Positions 9,125 through 20,102 of a DNA stretch of 39,543 nucleotides are shown in pieces. Numbering within the stretch: position 1 is the first letter of the stretch; each line of letters starts with the position of its first letter. Source of the DNA: an uncultured Actinomycetes bacterium (GTDB taxonomy: Bacteria; Actinomycetota; Thermoleophilia; RBG-16-64-13). Both the position numbers and the translations under genes were made by a program. Where the stretch lies: contig CAVPLM010000016.1 in NCBI GenBank assembly GCA_963706025.1, positions 1 through 39,543 of the forward strand, given 5' to 3'. The notes below the pieces were generated by a model. That model made no database searches. It was not told the origin of the DNA and worked only from the letters and a program-made list of their open reading frames with translations.

Positions 9125-10453
9125 TCCCGGTCCTCTGTCTCTTCGAGGATCGTCCTCAGTTCGTCGAAGCCGCTCCCGGGAAGGGAGGGGAGACCCAGCT
9201 TTTCTCGGGCGGTGGACCTGGGCGTGCCCAGCATCCCGGTGTCCGCGAAGGTCTGATAGTTGGAGCGGACGGCTACCGGGACTTTGCCCTCTTCCTGGGC
9301 CAACCACTTGAGTCTCTGGAACACGTCCGCCATGCCCATGCGGCTGTGGCAGTGCTCGTAACAGGTCAGGCAGTCGGAGCAGCGCCAGATATCACCGCGC
9401 TCGAGGATCCCTTCCAGATCGCCGGCCAGAAGCTCCCCCATGATGGCCGAAGGCAGGAACCGGTCGTCGGAGCGGGCGACAGGGCAGTCGTCGTCGCAGG
9501 CCTTGCAGGCGGCGCAGGTCTGCAGCTCGGCCAGGTCGAAATCGCGGGCGATAGCCGCTCGCTGAGCGAGCTTGAGCGGCCACTTCTCCAGGAACGGCGC
9601 CACGCTCACCCGGTGCATGTCCAGCCCCAGCTCACTCGGATCCATGCCCAAGGCCAGAGCGATCAACTCCGTGATGTAGAAGACCGGGACGCCTGCCTCT
9701 CCGGCCGCGCGCAGCTGGGTGGCCTGGTTGAGGTCGAACTGGAGGAAGCACGATGGGCACGAGACCACCAGGGCGTCGGCCCCTTGGTCGCGGATATCGG
9801 AGAGCTTCCGCTCGCACATGTCCAGAGAGGCCTGGCGCTCTCCCACCCGGTCCAGGGCGTTGCCGCAGCAGTCCATCTTGGTCTCATAGTCGACCACGGT
9901 CGCTCCCAGGGCCCGTACCAACTGCTCGAACTTGGTAGGCGCGGTGGGACTATCCCAACGGATGGCGGGGCTGGGACGGAGCAGGTGGCAGCCGTAGTGC
10001 ACGGCGATCCGCATGCCCCAGAGAGGCTTGACCACGCGCTTGCTCAGGGCGGCCGGTCCCAGGTCTTCGCTCAGCCATTCCACCAAGTGCCAGACGTCCG
10101 CGTCACCCCTGTACTGGACCCCGCTCGGGGCCAGACGGCGGTTCACGCTCTCGTGCAGCCGCCAATCGACCTTGAGGGCGGAGATCACCGACTTGAACGT
10201 GGAGTAGCAGCCGTTGCACGGGGTGAGCAGGGGATGGCCTTGACGCTTCGGCCACGGCCAGATTGCGGGCCGCCGTCAGGTAGTAGGCCTCCTCGTCCAC
10301 GGCTTTGACCAAGGTCGTCTCCGGGCAACAGGTGAAACCATCGGCGTCCACCAGGTCGATCCCCAGCTCGCGAACCACCAGGCGGGTGGCCTTTTCAATG
10401 AAAGGGAAGCGGGCGGGGATGGTGCAGCCCCAAAACATGGTCATCCGTCTCAT
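9121..10453 (-). CDS. Heterodisulfide reductase subunit B-like (two CCG domains) fused to a C-terminal HdrC-like 2x[4Fe-4S] domain; frameshift near 10240
   Basis: FWGC..FTCCP..(TPCNGC) and HYGCH..DCCG..SCPSC CCG motifs, then CAACKACDDDCP and CSDCLTCYEHC. Joined from ORFs 10103-10453 and 9121-10188. Confidence 0.82.
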
Positions 10454-10620
10454 AGCGCGCTCACCACCCTGTGTCGCTACCAGTCCGCCCTTGCCGGCCC
10501 CGCCTCAACGGGACGCAGGGAGAATAGCAACAGAAGAGCGTGTGTGGTCTATCCAGGTGGCCTATCTTTAGCCGGTCTGGATGTACAGTTGGATAGACCG
10601 CAGGCCGGCGGCGCCCCCGG

Positions 10621-11619
10621 TCAATCGCGCTCGAACGGTATCCCCAGACTTCGCGGTTGGACCACCCGCATCGAGCGGAGCACGCGGGCTACCACCCGCC
10701 GGGATCGTTCAGGCAGGGCGGCCAGCACCTTCTCCACCCATTCGGCGTTGCCGATGTTCACCAGCAAGAGCGCGAGGATCATGAGGGGGAAGGGCGCCAC
10801 CTGCAGGACCTGGGACGGGGATGCCCTGCAGGTCCGGCTGAAGCACCAGGCTCAGCCACTGCAGGAACCCGAACAGATAGGCACCGAGGGCGACGCGGAC
10901 AGGGCTCCACGCCCCGAAGATGACGATGGCGAGAACGATCCACCCCAGTCCGTCCAGCCCCGAGATCGTCCCCTTCCAGCCGGCCTTGACACTGAGCGAG
11001 AACATGGGACCGGCCAGCCCGACCAGCGCGCCTCCCAGAGCGGTGTAGAAATAGCGGATGACGTTGACCCGGGCCCCGCGGGCGAAGGCGGCCTCCGGAC
11101 GCTCTCCCACAGCCCGCAGAACCAGACCGGGCCGAGTGCGGAAGATCCACCAAGAGGCCACGAAGATCAACGCGAAGCTGAAGTAGGTCATGACGTCGTG
11201 CTTGAAGAAGAGCGTGCCCAGGATGGGTATGTTCTCCAGTCCGGGTATGGGCCGGAGCGAGAGCGTGGGGCCCTGTTCGCCCATATAGGGATTGCCCAGG
11301 AAGTAGGCCAGATCCCGGCAGAAGAGCGTGAGCACGAAGCCCACGGCCACCTGCGATTGACGCAGGGTGATGCTGCCGAAGGCTACCACCAGGGCCACCG
11401 CAGCCCCGATGACGCATCCGGCCAGGAAGCCAGCACGAGGCTGTCGGTGGTGAGCGCCACCACGAAGCTGCCCATGGCCGAGAGGAGTATGGTCCCGTTC
11501 ACCGACAGGTTGATGATCCCGGCCCTCTCGGTCAGGGTCTCGCCGATGGCGGCCACCACGATGGGCGCCGCCGTCGCCAGCACTCCCGCCAGACCTATGA
11601 GCCAGGTGGTGGCGTCCAC
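10621..11619 (-). CDS. ABC transporter permease (BMP/nucleoside-type, CUT2), frameshifted
   Basis: GETLTERAGIINLSVNG, RTRPGLVLRAVGERP and GLGWIVLAIVIFG segments lie in different frames. The reconstructed C-terminus ...GIPFERD ends at TGA 10621. Confidence 0.8.
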
Positions 11620-11623
11620 GGCG

Positions 11624-12834
11624 CTACCCTGGGCTTCCCGGATTAGCGGTGCCCACGCCCAGGCTGGTCGGCAAGTGGACCTCCGCCGGCTCCAGCAGCG
11701 CTTCCCCTCCCGTCGACGCCCCGGGCGGCGTCACCGACGCGTCGGCGGCCCGCTTGCGGCGCAGGTAGCGCTGCCGCGCCCCCTCGACCAGGATCACGAA
11801 GAGCACCAACGCGCCCTGCAGCACTCCCGCGAGAGTGGAGTCGAGCTTGAGGACGATAGGCAACTGGATGCTGCCTATGTTGAGGGCGGCGAAGAACAGC
11901 GCCACCGGGGCCACCCAGATGGCTCGGTACAGGATGAGCATCCCCACCATCAGGCCCAAGAACCCGTAGCCGCTGGAGATGGAGGGGATGAGACGGTGAT
12001 AGACGCTCGTCACCTGGATGGCCCCCGCCAGACCGGCCAGCCCGCCGCAGAAGAGGAAGGCCAGCAGACCATATTGCCAGGTAGGTACGCCCAGGAGAAA
12101 GGCGGCCCGGTTGTTGAGGCCCACCGCCTTCAGGCGCAGACCGAAGTAGGTGCGCTCGAGGAGGATGTAGACGACTATCACCGCCAGGATACCCAGCCCG
12201 AGCGACCACAGGCTGAGGCGCAGGCCGCCCACCGTGGGCAGAGACAGCTGGTCGGGGAAAGGTTCGGTGCCGCTCATCGAGCCGATCCCGGGTCGCTTCC
12301 AGGGTCCGAAGATGAGCCAGAGGGTGAGAGCCGATGGCCACGTAGTTGAGCCCCAGGCCCCCGAAGATCTCGTTGACTCCGCCGAAGGTCTTCAGGATGC
12401 CGGCCAGCGTCGGCCCACAGGCCTCCGCCGACGACGCCGGCGATCATGGCCAGCACGATGATGAGCGCGGGGGAGAGGGCCGTGTCCTGCAGCAGGCGCA
12501 AGACCCAGGTGGTGAGCACCGCGCCCAGGACGATCTGTCCTTCCACCCCGATGTTCCACAGGCCGGCGGCGAAGGTGATGAGGACGCCGGCCGCCGCCAG
12601 CAGGAGCGGGACCCAGGCCACCAGGACGTTCGAGAAGCTGCGAGCGAACCAACAGCCCCCTTGGCGATCTGCACGTAGGCCTCAAACGGTGGGGCTCCCG
12701 CCACCAGGAGGATGAGACTGGTGATCAGGAAAGCCAGTACCAGGGCGCCCAACTGTATGCCCAGATTGATCCAGGTCTGGCGGGTGAAATGGGCGCGGCC
12801 CCGGGCGTCCTGGGGAGAGTCCGCGGTCTCGCAT
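11624..12834 (-). CDS. ABC transporter permease (BMP/nucleoside-type), frameshifted
   Basis: AGLWNIGVEGQ, RTYFGLRLKAVGLN and GGLAGLAGAIQV...GYGF segments are spread over several frames. The start is approximate. Confidence 0.78.
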
Positions 12835-14312
12835 CGCCACCCCGCCCCTCTCGCCGCCTCCTCCGATGAGTTGCCCCAGCTCCTGCACCGTCGTGGTAGC
12901 CGCTTCGAGCGGCCCCGATACGTTCCCGGCGAAGAACACCAGTATGCGGTCGCTGTAGCGGAGAAGCTCCTCGAGATCGCTCGACGCGAAGATGATGGCC
13001 CCACCTTGGTTGCAGCGGTCTTTGAGCTTGCTCCAGAGGTAGATGACCGACTCGATGTCCAAGCCCCGGGTGGGGTGCTCGAGAAGCATCAACTTGGCCC
13101 CGGCTTTGACCAGGGCAAGCAGGGCCCGTTGCTGGTTGCCTCCCGACAGCGACTCGACCTTGTTGGCGGGCGTTCCCCGTATGTTGAACTCGGCGATACG
13201 CTCCTGGGCCAGGCGGCGGCCCTTCTCACGGTCGATGAACAGACCGGGCTTCGGCTGGGTGAGCAGGAAATGGTCGGTCAGGCTGAGACCGGGGATCAAG
13301 CCCTCTTCCAAGCGGCTGGCCGGAACGTAGGCGACGCCCTTTCTCTTGAAATGACGGTAGTTCTTGCCGGTGAGATCGACGTTCTCGAACAACAAACGCC
13401 CGCCGGTGACCGGCACCAGCCCGGCACACGCCCGCAAGAGCAGGCTTTGGCCGCTGCCTTCCATTCCCGCGAGCCCTATGGTCTCGCCTGCGCGTACCTC
13501 GAGATCGACCCCGTCGATGCGGAGGCGACCGTGCTCGGCTTCCAGCGCGGACAGCCGCAGCAACGTCTCGCCGGGCGTGCAGGCTACCCGCTCTCCCGGA
13601 GAGATCTCGCGCTCGAACATCATGGTCACAAGTCGTTGCACTTCAAACGGGGGCCGCGCCTCCCCGACGAGGCGGCCCTGTCTGAGCACCGCCACCCTCG
13701 TGCACAGGTCCTGGATCTCGTCCAGTTTGTGGGACACGAAGATCACGGTCTTCCCCTGGGCGGCCAGGCGACGTAAGGTCTCGAACAGCTCGGCCCTCTG
13801 CCGCGCGCTGATCCCTGTGGTCGGCTCGTCCAGGATAAGGACCCCGGCTCCCAACCAGAGGAGGCGGAGTAGTTCGAGCTGCTGCCGCTCGCCCACCGTC
13901 AGGGACGCGACCTCTGCCTTCAGGTCGATCGAGAGTCCGAGCGAACGCGGCCAACTCCTCGATGGCGGCGGTGGCCTCTGCTCGGCGGGGGACTATCCGG
14001 CCGGGCGCGCCGATGAGCAGATTGTCGACCACCCGCATGGGGGGGAAGTCGAGGGGGTCCTGGTGGAGCATGCCCACGCCGTGCCTGATGGCGTCTGCCG
14101 GGGTACGCATCGCCACCCTGTTCCCGTCCAGGAGGATGTGGCCACTGTCCGCGGGCTGGAAGCCGGACAGGATCTTCATGAGCGTGCTCTTGCCGGCCCC
14201 GTTCTCTCCCAAGATCCCTTGGATCGTGCCGGCAGGCACGGTGAGAGCTGATCCCGTCGTTCGCTTTGACGGGCCCGAAGTGCTTGTGGATATCGGTCAG
14301 TCGGACTTCCAC
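12835..14312 (-). CDS. ABC transporter ATP-binding protein (tandem NBD, CUT2), frameshifted
   Basis: KHFGPVKAND, GENGAGKSTLM, LILDEPT, FVSHKL, LSGGNQQ and EHPTRGLD motifs. The 3' boundary is approximate. Confidence 0.85.
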
Positions 14313-14347
14313 GTGTCAGGGATCCTCAGGGTCGTTTCCTAGGGGAA

Positions 14348-14383
14348 CCAGAAAGGGGAGACCGCACGGTCTCCCCTTTCTGG
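14348..14383. terminator. Perfect intercistronic hairpin after the binding-protein gene
   Basis: ccagaaaggggagacc-gcac-ggtctcccctttctgg, a 16 bp perfect stem. Confidence 0.7.
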
Positions 14384-14410
14384 ATACATCCTTCGCCAAC
14401 GTTGGCGTGC

Positions 14411-15730
14411 TTATTCGGATGCGCTCTGGCCTTCCATGCCCTCCAACAGTTGGGGCAGGTACCAGATCTGTTGGTCGGTGGCGGTCTCCCCGTCAGCGAG
14501 GTAGGCGGTGCCGTCCTGCAGGTTCAGGGGGCCCTTCCAGAGGTTCAGACCTCCGGCCAGAGCCGCGATGAACTCATCCACCTTTGTGGAGGCATCGGCC
14601 GACAATCCTTCGCCTTTCTTGAAGCCCACGATGGAGGTGTCCGGGTTGTTGATGTCGGTCCAGTCGGGGCCCACCCAGTTCCAGAAGCTCGTCCATTGCC
14701 CGTCGCGGGCGGCGGTGACTGCCGTCAGGTATTCCGGACCCCAATTGAAGTAGGGAACGCCCAGGGCGACCTCGGGAGCTTCCTCCAGCGAGCCCACGAA
14801 GTCGTAGGGGATCGCCCACACCTTCTTGCCGGCGTCGGACAGCTTGCCGGCCTCCACGAGGGCCTCGGTGGTGTCGATGCCGGAGATGACCACGTCAAAG
14901 CCTTGATTGAAGAAGTTGTCGGCCACCTGGGTGGGATCGGAGGTGACGCCTGGGATGTTGAACCAGAAACCGATCCAGTTGACGCTGAACTTCAGCTCGG
15001 CCGGGTCTTTCTTCAGATACTCGGTCCAGGCGTATCTAGCGCCCAGATAGACGGAAGCGGCCAGGCGGCGGGTCTCGTCGTTGATCAGGGGCCCCAAATA
15101 GCCGATCTTCCCTGTTTGAGTGGTCAAGGCGGCGGCGACACCGGCGATCATCTTGCCGTATTCCATCTTGCCCATGATGTTGCTCAGGTTGGGAAGGTCC
15201 TGGAAGTCCTTGCCGTCTTTCCAGGCGCCGTCGCCGGAGGTGTGGAGCACCGGGATGTCCGGGTGGGCCTTGGTGAAGGCGATGGCGCCGTCTTTCATGT
15301 CGTCAGAGGTGAAGAAGATCATCTTGGCGCCTTGGGCGAGCAGCTCTTCGGCCAGTTGCTCGACAGTGGTGCCCGGCCGGTCGGACAGGTTGGCCTTGTC
15401 GACGTAGACCATCTTGGCGCCGGGGAGTTTCTCCTCGACGTAGAGGCCGCCTTCGTAGTTGGCCTGGCTCCAGCCGTTGTCGTTGTAGGGCCCCACGAGC
15501 ACCATGCCGAAGACGAACTCCTCGGGGGCCTGGCTCGTCGTGGTGGTCGCGGCCTCTGTCACCGACGTCGTGGTGGAAGCAGGAGCGGCAGTGGCTGTGG
15601 TTTCGGTAGCAGTAGTGGTCGTCGTCTCCTCGGTGTCGTCGCCACACGCGGCCGCGAACAGGCCGACGGCGATGAGGAGTATCACAAGTGCGCTGCAGAT
15701 GAAGACGCGGCGTGATCGTAATGCGGGCAT
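14411..15730 (-). CDS. BMP-family (PnrA-like, purine/nucleoside) ABC substrate-binding lipoprotein
   Basis: Signal peptide with lipobox AAAC, a Thr-rich linker, GPYNDNGWSQANYEG, KIGYLG, WIGFWF and FNWGPEY motifs. Confidence 0.88.
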   Translation of the reverse strand: MPALRSRRVFICSALVILLIAVGLFAAACGDDTEETTTTTATETTATAAPASTTTSVTEAATTTTSQAPEEFVFGMVLVGPYNDNGWSQANYEGGLYVEEKLPGAKMVYVDKANLSDRPGTTVEQLAEELLAQGAKMIFFTSDDMKDGAIAFTKAHPDIPVLHTSGDGAWKDGKDFQDLPNLSNIMGKMEYGKMIAGVAAALTTQTGKIGYLGPLINDETRRLAASVYLGARYAWTEYLKKDPAELKFSVNWIGFWFNIPGVTSDPTQVADNFFNQGFDVVISGIDTTEALVEAGKLSDAGKKVWAIPYDFVGSLEEAPEVALGVPYFNWGPEYLTAVTAARDGQWTSFWNWVGPDWTDINNPDTSIVGFKKGEGLSADASTKVDEFIAALAGGLNLWKGPLNLQDGTAYLADGETATDQQIWYLPQLLEGMEGQSASE

Positions 15731-15932
15731 TGCGGAGAGCACCTCACACTTCTTGTTCAAACTTGACGCCCAACGGTCCAGCATGCGGAGAACCGCCGTC
15801 TGATGCCTGGTGTGACCTCCTTTCGTCTTCTCTCTCAAGCGCAGGCGCCACACTGGCGTGACGCCGAGGAACCTGAGGCCATTCTAACCACTAACGGCCG
15901 CCGTGTTCCAGCGGTTGCTTGGGGTTCGGGGG

Positions 15933-17547
15933 TCACAGGTCGATGATCTTGATCTCGTAGATCTCGTCGAACTCCAGGCAGCGGTCGATGGCGGCCTGGG
16001 GCACTTCGTTGTCGACTTTGAGGATCATGATCGAATCCGTGGAACCGTCGTCCATGCCGCTCGAGGTGACCATACTCGAGATGTTCACGTCGAACTCGCC
16101 CATAGTGGTGCCCACCCTCCCGATGACGCCGGGGAGATTGCGGTGAGGAGCGTACAGGAGCCGGCCTTTGGGAATGAAGGTGATGGGGAAATCCCCTATC
16201 TGAACGATGCGCGGGTGCCTCCGCTCCAGCAAGGTTCCTGCGATGACGAACTCCTTGCCCTCTCCCTCGGTGACGATCATCCGGATGAGATTGCGGTAGT
16301 CGCCACTCTCCAGGGAGATGGTCTCGCTGACTTCGATCCCGATCTGCTCGGCCAGGAAATTGGCGTTCACGAAGTTGACGTTGCCGCGGGACATACTACC
16401 CTCGAGGATACCCTTGAGGGCGACCACCGACAGGATCTTCGCATCGGCGGGGTTGTCTATTTCCTTGCCCGCGAAAACGATCTCCACGCGCTTGACGCTT
16501 TCCCGGCGGATCTGTCTGTAGAGGATCCCCATCTGCTCGGCCAGATGGATGAACGAGCGCAGCTTCGTGAACGATTCCTCGGAGAGCGTGGGGATATTGA
16601 CCGCGTTCTTGACGATCTCGCCCTTGAGACCGGCGAGGACCTCCGCCACCACCTCTTCGCCCACCCGTTTCGACGCCTCCAAGGTGGACGCTCCCAGGTG
16701 GGGCGTGCCCACCACGGATTCGAACTCGTAGAGCGGGTGGCTTTCCTGGGGCTCGTGCACCCACGTGTCGACGCCCAAAGAGGCTATGTGGCCCGACTTC
16801 AGCCCCCGGTAGAGAGCCTCCTCGCTGAACAGCCCCCCCCGGGCGCAGTTGACCAAACGCACGCCGGGCTTCATAAGGGAGATCTGCTCGTCGCTCACCA
16901 TGTTCACGGTCTCTTTGGTGCGGGGCGTGTGGATGGTTATGAAGTCGGACTCCTGGAGTAGCTCTTCCAGGGTCGTCTTCTTCTCCACGTTCAGATTCGT
17001 GAAGCGGGAATCGGGGATGTAGGGATCGTAGGCGATCACCCGCATGGCGAAGCCCCGCGCTCGCTGAGATACCAGGCCCCCGATCCGCCCTAGACCGATG
17101 ATGCCCAGAGTCTTGCCGTAGAGCTCGCTACCCTCGAACTGCTTGCGCCCCCACTTCCCGCTCTTGATGAAGCGGTCGGCCCAGGGGATGTTGCGGCTGC
17201 TGGCCAGCAAGAGGCCCATGGTTTGCTCGGCCGCGGAGATGACGTTGCTCTCCGGGGTGTTGCAGACGATGACGCCCTTCCGCGTGGCATAGGGGACGTC
17301 GATGTTGTCCAAGCCCGGAGCCGGCTCTCCCCACTATGCGCAGGTTGATCGCAGCGTCGAGAAGCTCCCGGTCGATGAGAGTCTCGCTCCGCACGATGAT
17401 GCCCTGGTACTCGGGGATGATGGCGAGCAGCTCGTCACTGCTCAACTTGTATCTCACGTCCACGTGGCAACCGGCCGACAGCAGGGCGATGGCGTCATCG
17501 TCCATGAGCTCGGCCACAAGGACCTTGGCATCTTTGAGGTCTTCCAA
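15933..17547 (-). CDS. serA: D-3-phosphoglycerate dehydrogenase with ASB/ACT C-terminus; frameshift near 17315
   Basis: IIVRSET, VGRAG(xG)-DNID, GKTLGIIGLGRIG, VNCARGG, TPHLGAST and NLPGVIGRVGT motifs. TTG start with a GGAGG RBS. Confidence 0.9.
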
Positions 17548-17655
17548 CCTGCCTCCCTCGAGCCGCGCGCGGCCGGCGCGCCGGGTTCACGTTGAGCGAG
17601 CCCTAGGCTAACACACGGTCGCGCCGTGCTTCCACAGGCTGGGGAGGCGGCAGAA

Positions 17656-17695
17656 GGGGCGGAGGCGGCGGGCTTCCGCCCGCCGCCCCCGCCCC
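17656..17695 (-). terminator. GC-rich hairpin downstream of the grx-FTR pair
   Basis: ggggcggaggcggcgggc-ttcc-gcccgccgcccccgcccc, 17/18 paired with the mismatch a G.U on the minus strand. Confidence 0.55.
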
Positions 17696-17717
17696 TCGAG
17701 ATCGAGTCCGATCCGAC

Positions 17718-18074
17718 TCAGGCGTCGCCGCTAGGCCACTGGAAGAAGAATTTCTCCGGTGGACGCCGCTCGGGCACCGTCGTGTGGGGGATCGTCCCTT
17801 CGTTCCATTCTTTCGATACGTACAGGTTGCAGTAGCAGCTGCCAAATTGCGCGACATCGGGCTCGCGGTAGTCGCAGGGACAGATGATGTCTCGGTCGGC
17901 CTCCCGGTCTGCGGAGGCCAGACGGCAGGGGCAGCACATGTAGCCGTACCGCTCCTTGTTGGTCAAGAGACCCCCTATGAGTTCCATGACCATCTGCTGG
18001 TTATCACTGAAGAAGTAGCCCTTGGGCTCGTTGACTTTCTTCAGGCGCTCATACATCTCTTCAACAGTACTCAC
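17718..18074 (-). CDS. Ferredoxin-thioredoxin reductase catalytic-subunit-like protein
   Basis: CPCRLA, ICPCDY and SCYCNLY motifs. The GTG start overlaps the upstream TGA. Confidence 0.9.
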   Translation of the reverse strand: MSTVEEMYERLKKVNEPKGYFFSDNQQMVMELIGGLLTNKERYGYMCCPCRLASADREADRDIICPCDYREPDVAQFGSCYCNLYVSKEWNEGTIPHTTVPERRPPEKFFFQWPSGDA

Positions 18075-18334
18075 AGCCCCAGCGCCTCCAGGATCTCGAG
18101 TTCGCGGTAACCGACGATAACCTTTTCTCCGTTTTCGCCGATGACGATAGTGGGAAACGAGGTCTGCGGATTGACCTTCCGCACCTCGTCCAGGACCTTG
18201 CCCATCTCGTCCTTGGAAAGGAGGTCCACGAACACATAGTCATACACGACGTTGTTGTCGTCGAGCAGCTTCTTTGTGTTCCTGCAGTGACCGCAGGTGC
18301 TGAGTGCGTATAGGAAGACTTTCGGTTGATCCAT
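18071..18334 (-). CDS. Glutaredoxin-like (NrdH/Grx) protein
   Basis: LYALSTCGHC active site, SFPTIVI and IVGY motifs, coupled to the FTR gene. Confidence 0.9.
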   Translation of the reverse strand: MDQPKVFLYALSTCGHCRNTKKLLDDNNVVYDYVFVDLLSKDEMGKVLDEVRKVNPQTSFPTIVIGENGEKVIVGYRELEILEALGL

Positions 18335-18499
18335 GTCGTCACCTTTCCGTTGTCACCGGGTTCACAGTTCCCGGGTTGCCCGCATCGCGGAAGGAGATAC
18401 CCCAAGTCGCCTGGAACTATGCTTCACGCGTCGTGACATAATGGCCCCGTCGGCTGCCGGTGGCGTCGACGGGGGACCCTGGCTGAACGGGAGGCGAAC

Positions 18500-19792
18500 G
18501 TGAGATATGGCCTGATCCGGCCGCGGATGCGTGTGCTCCGAGTTATCGTGGGGAGCTTCGCGCTGGCCTTCGCCCTGCTCTTGGCGCTGTCGGCTGTGGC
18601 CTCGGCTCAATCCTTTTCGGACGTCAGGGGAGACGAGTGGTTCGCCGAGGCTGTGGACGCACTGGCCGCGGAAGGGATCGTGAGCGGGCGCGACGACGGC
18701 TCGTTCGGACCTTCGGACCCGGTCACCCGGGCCCAACTGGCGGCGCTCCTGGCCCGCACTCTCGATCTGCAGGACTTCCCGTACACCCCGTTCATCGACG
18801 TCACCACCCAGGATTGGTTCTCCGGGCCTGTAGGCGCTCTCTATCAGACGGGTATCGTCTCCGGGACCGGCCCCATCACGTTCTCTCCCCAGCTGCCCGT
18901 CAGCCGCCAGCAAGCGGCTACTCTCGTCATGCGGGCACTGTCCTACACCCAAGAGAGTGAGCCGCCGGCCGAGGGAGACCACGTTCTACCCCCCGGTACG
19001 GCCGATCTCTGGCTGGCCGGTTTTCGCGACCGGGCTCTGATCGGGCCTGAGCACTCCGAGTCCGTCGCCAACGCCTATCGGCTGGGCATCATCGAAGGGG
19101 CTCCGGACGGCTGGTTCTATCCCTCACTGACCCTTACCCGAGCTCAGATGGCGGCCGTGCTCTACCGGGCCTTCCTGCAGCCGGTCGAGGCCAAGAACAC
19201 CTACCCGGTGGAGTTGGAGGCCTTGTCGTACTACCCGGCCCAGTCGGTTGGCTCAGAGGGGCCTCTCGTGTCTTTCCTGGAGTCCCGGCTCACGGCTCTC
19301 TGCTTCCCTTGTGGACCGGTCGACGGCGTCTACGACTACCGTACCAAGGACGCCGTGATGGCCTTCGAGAAGGCGGAACGGCTCAGCCGGGACGGCAAGG
19401 TCGGGCCGGAGGTCTGGCAGCATCTCTTCAGCGCCCAGACCCCCACGCCGCGTCTGGCGGCGGGTGGTGATCGGGTGGAGGTGGACATATCCCGGCAGAT
19501 CCTTCTGATGATCAAAGACGGCAAGGTGACCAAGGTGCTGCACGTGTCCACGGGCAAACTGGGCACTCCCACCGGTCATGGCAAAGTGCGCAGCAAGAGC
19601 CAAGGTTGGACCCATTGCCCCGTGGGGTGGATGTACTCACCGTCGTACATCATGCCCCACATCGCCATCCACGGCTACAAGAGCGTCCCCCCGTGGCCCG
19701 CCAGTCACGGGTGCGTCCGCGTGCCGGTGTGGACGGCCGACGAGCTGTACGACGAGCTGCCCCTCGGGCTCCCGGTGGACGTGTACTACTAG
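18500..19792 (+). CDS. Secreted S-layer-homology + peptidoglycan-binding + L,D-transpeptidase (YkuD) protein
   Basis: Signal peptide, SLH repeats (FSDV...GIVSG...FGP...TRAQ), PG-binding motif (GPVDGVYD..T..AV..F) and the catalytic HG...SHGCVR motif. Confidence 0.9.
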   Translation: MRYGLIRPRMRVLRVIVGSFALAFALLLALSAVASAQSFSDVRGDEWFAEAVDALAAEGIVSGRDDGSFGPSDPVTRAQLAALLARTLDLQDFPYTPFIDVTTQDWFSGPVGALYQTGIVSGTGPITFSPQLPVSRQQAATLVMRALSYTQESEPPAEGDHVLPPGTADLWLAGFRDRALIGPEHSESVANAYRLGIIEGAPDGWFYPSLTLTRAQMAAVLYRAFLQPVEAKNTYPVELEALSYYPAQSVGSEGPLVSFLESRLTALCFPCGPVDGVYDYRTKDAVMAFEKAERLSRDGKVGPEVWQHLFSAQTPTPRLAAGGDRVEVDISRQILLMIKDGKVTKVLHVSTGKLGTPTGHGKVRSKSQGWTHCPVGWMYSPSYIMPHIAIHGYKSVPPWPASHGCVRVPVWTADELYDELPLGLPVDVYY

Positions 19793-19820
19793 AGCCGAAC
19801 TGCCACGGTGGGACCACCAG
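19761..19820 (+). repeat. Left copy of ~60 bp direct repeat (3' end of the L,D-transpeptidase gene; attL-like)
   Basis: ccctcgggctcccggtggacgtgtactactagagccgaactgccacggtgggaccaccag matches 39445-39503 with 2 substitutions and 1 indel. Confidence 0.92.
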
Positions 19821-20102
19821 AGCGGAAAATACGGGGTCAGTAGACCGACGTCTTGGTGCGGTCTAGGGGCCCCACTGGTTTGACTGTGACAAAGACGTGC
19901 TGCAATTCGGCCCACGGGGGCGCCCCACCCGTAGCGACCTCCACCATCCCCTGTGCGGGAGCAAGAAGACATGCTCCCCCGGGGGCTTTGCGATGCATTC
20001 GAACGTCACGCCGCAAAAGCCATTGGTGTAGTTGGGTCTGTGATGTCGGACAGGCGCTCGTATCTTTGATGTCCCTCGCGACGCTAGATTCTGGCAGGCT
20101 TC

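Noticed and set aside
19821-20100. Moco/Wco riboswitch or ncRNA near the AOR
   Set aside because: Only short hairpins are present (tagaccg/cggtcta, gggagca/tgctccc), and the region lies 3' of both flanking genes. No recognisable RNA family.
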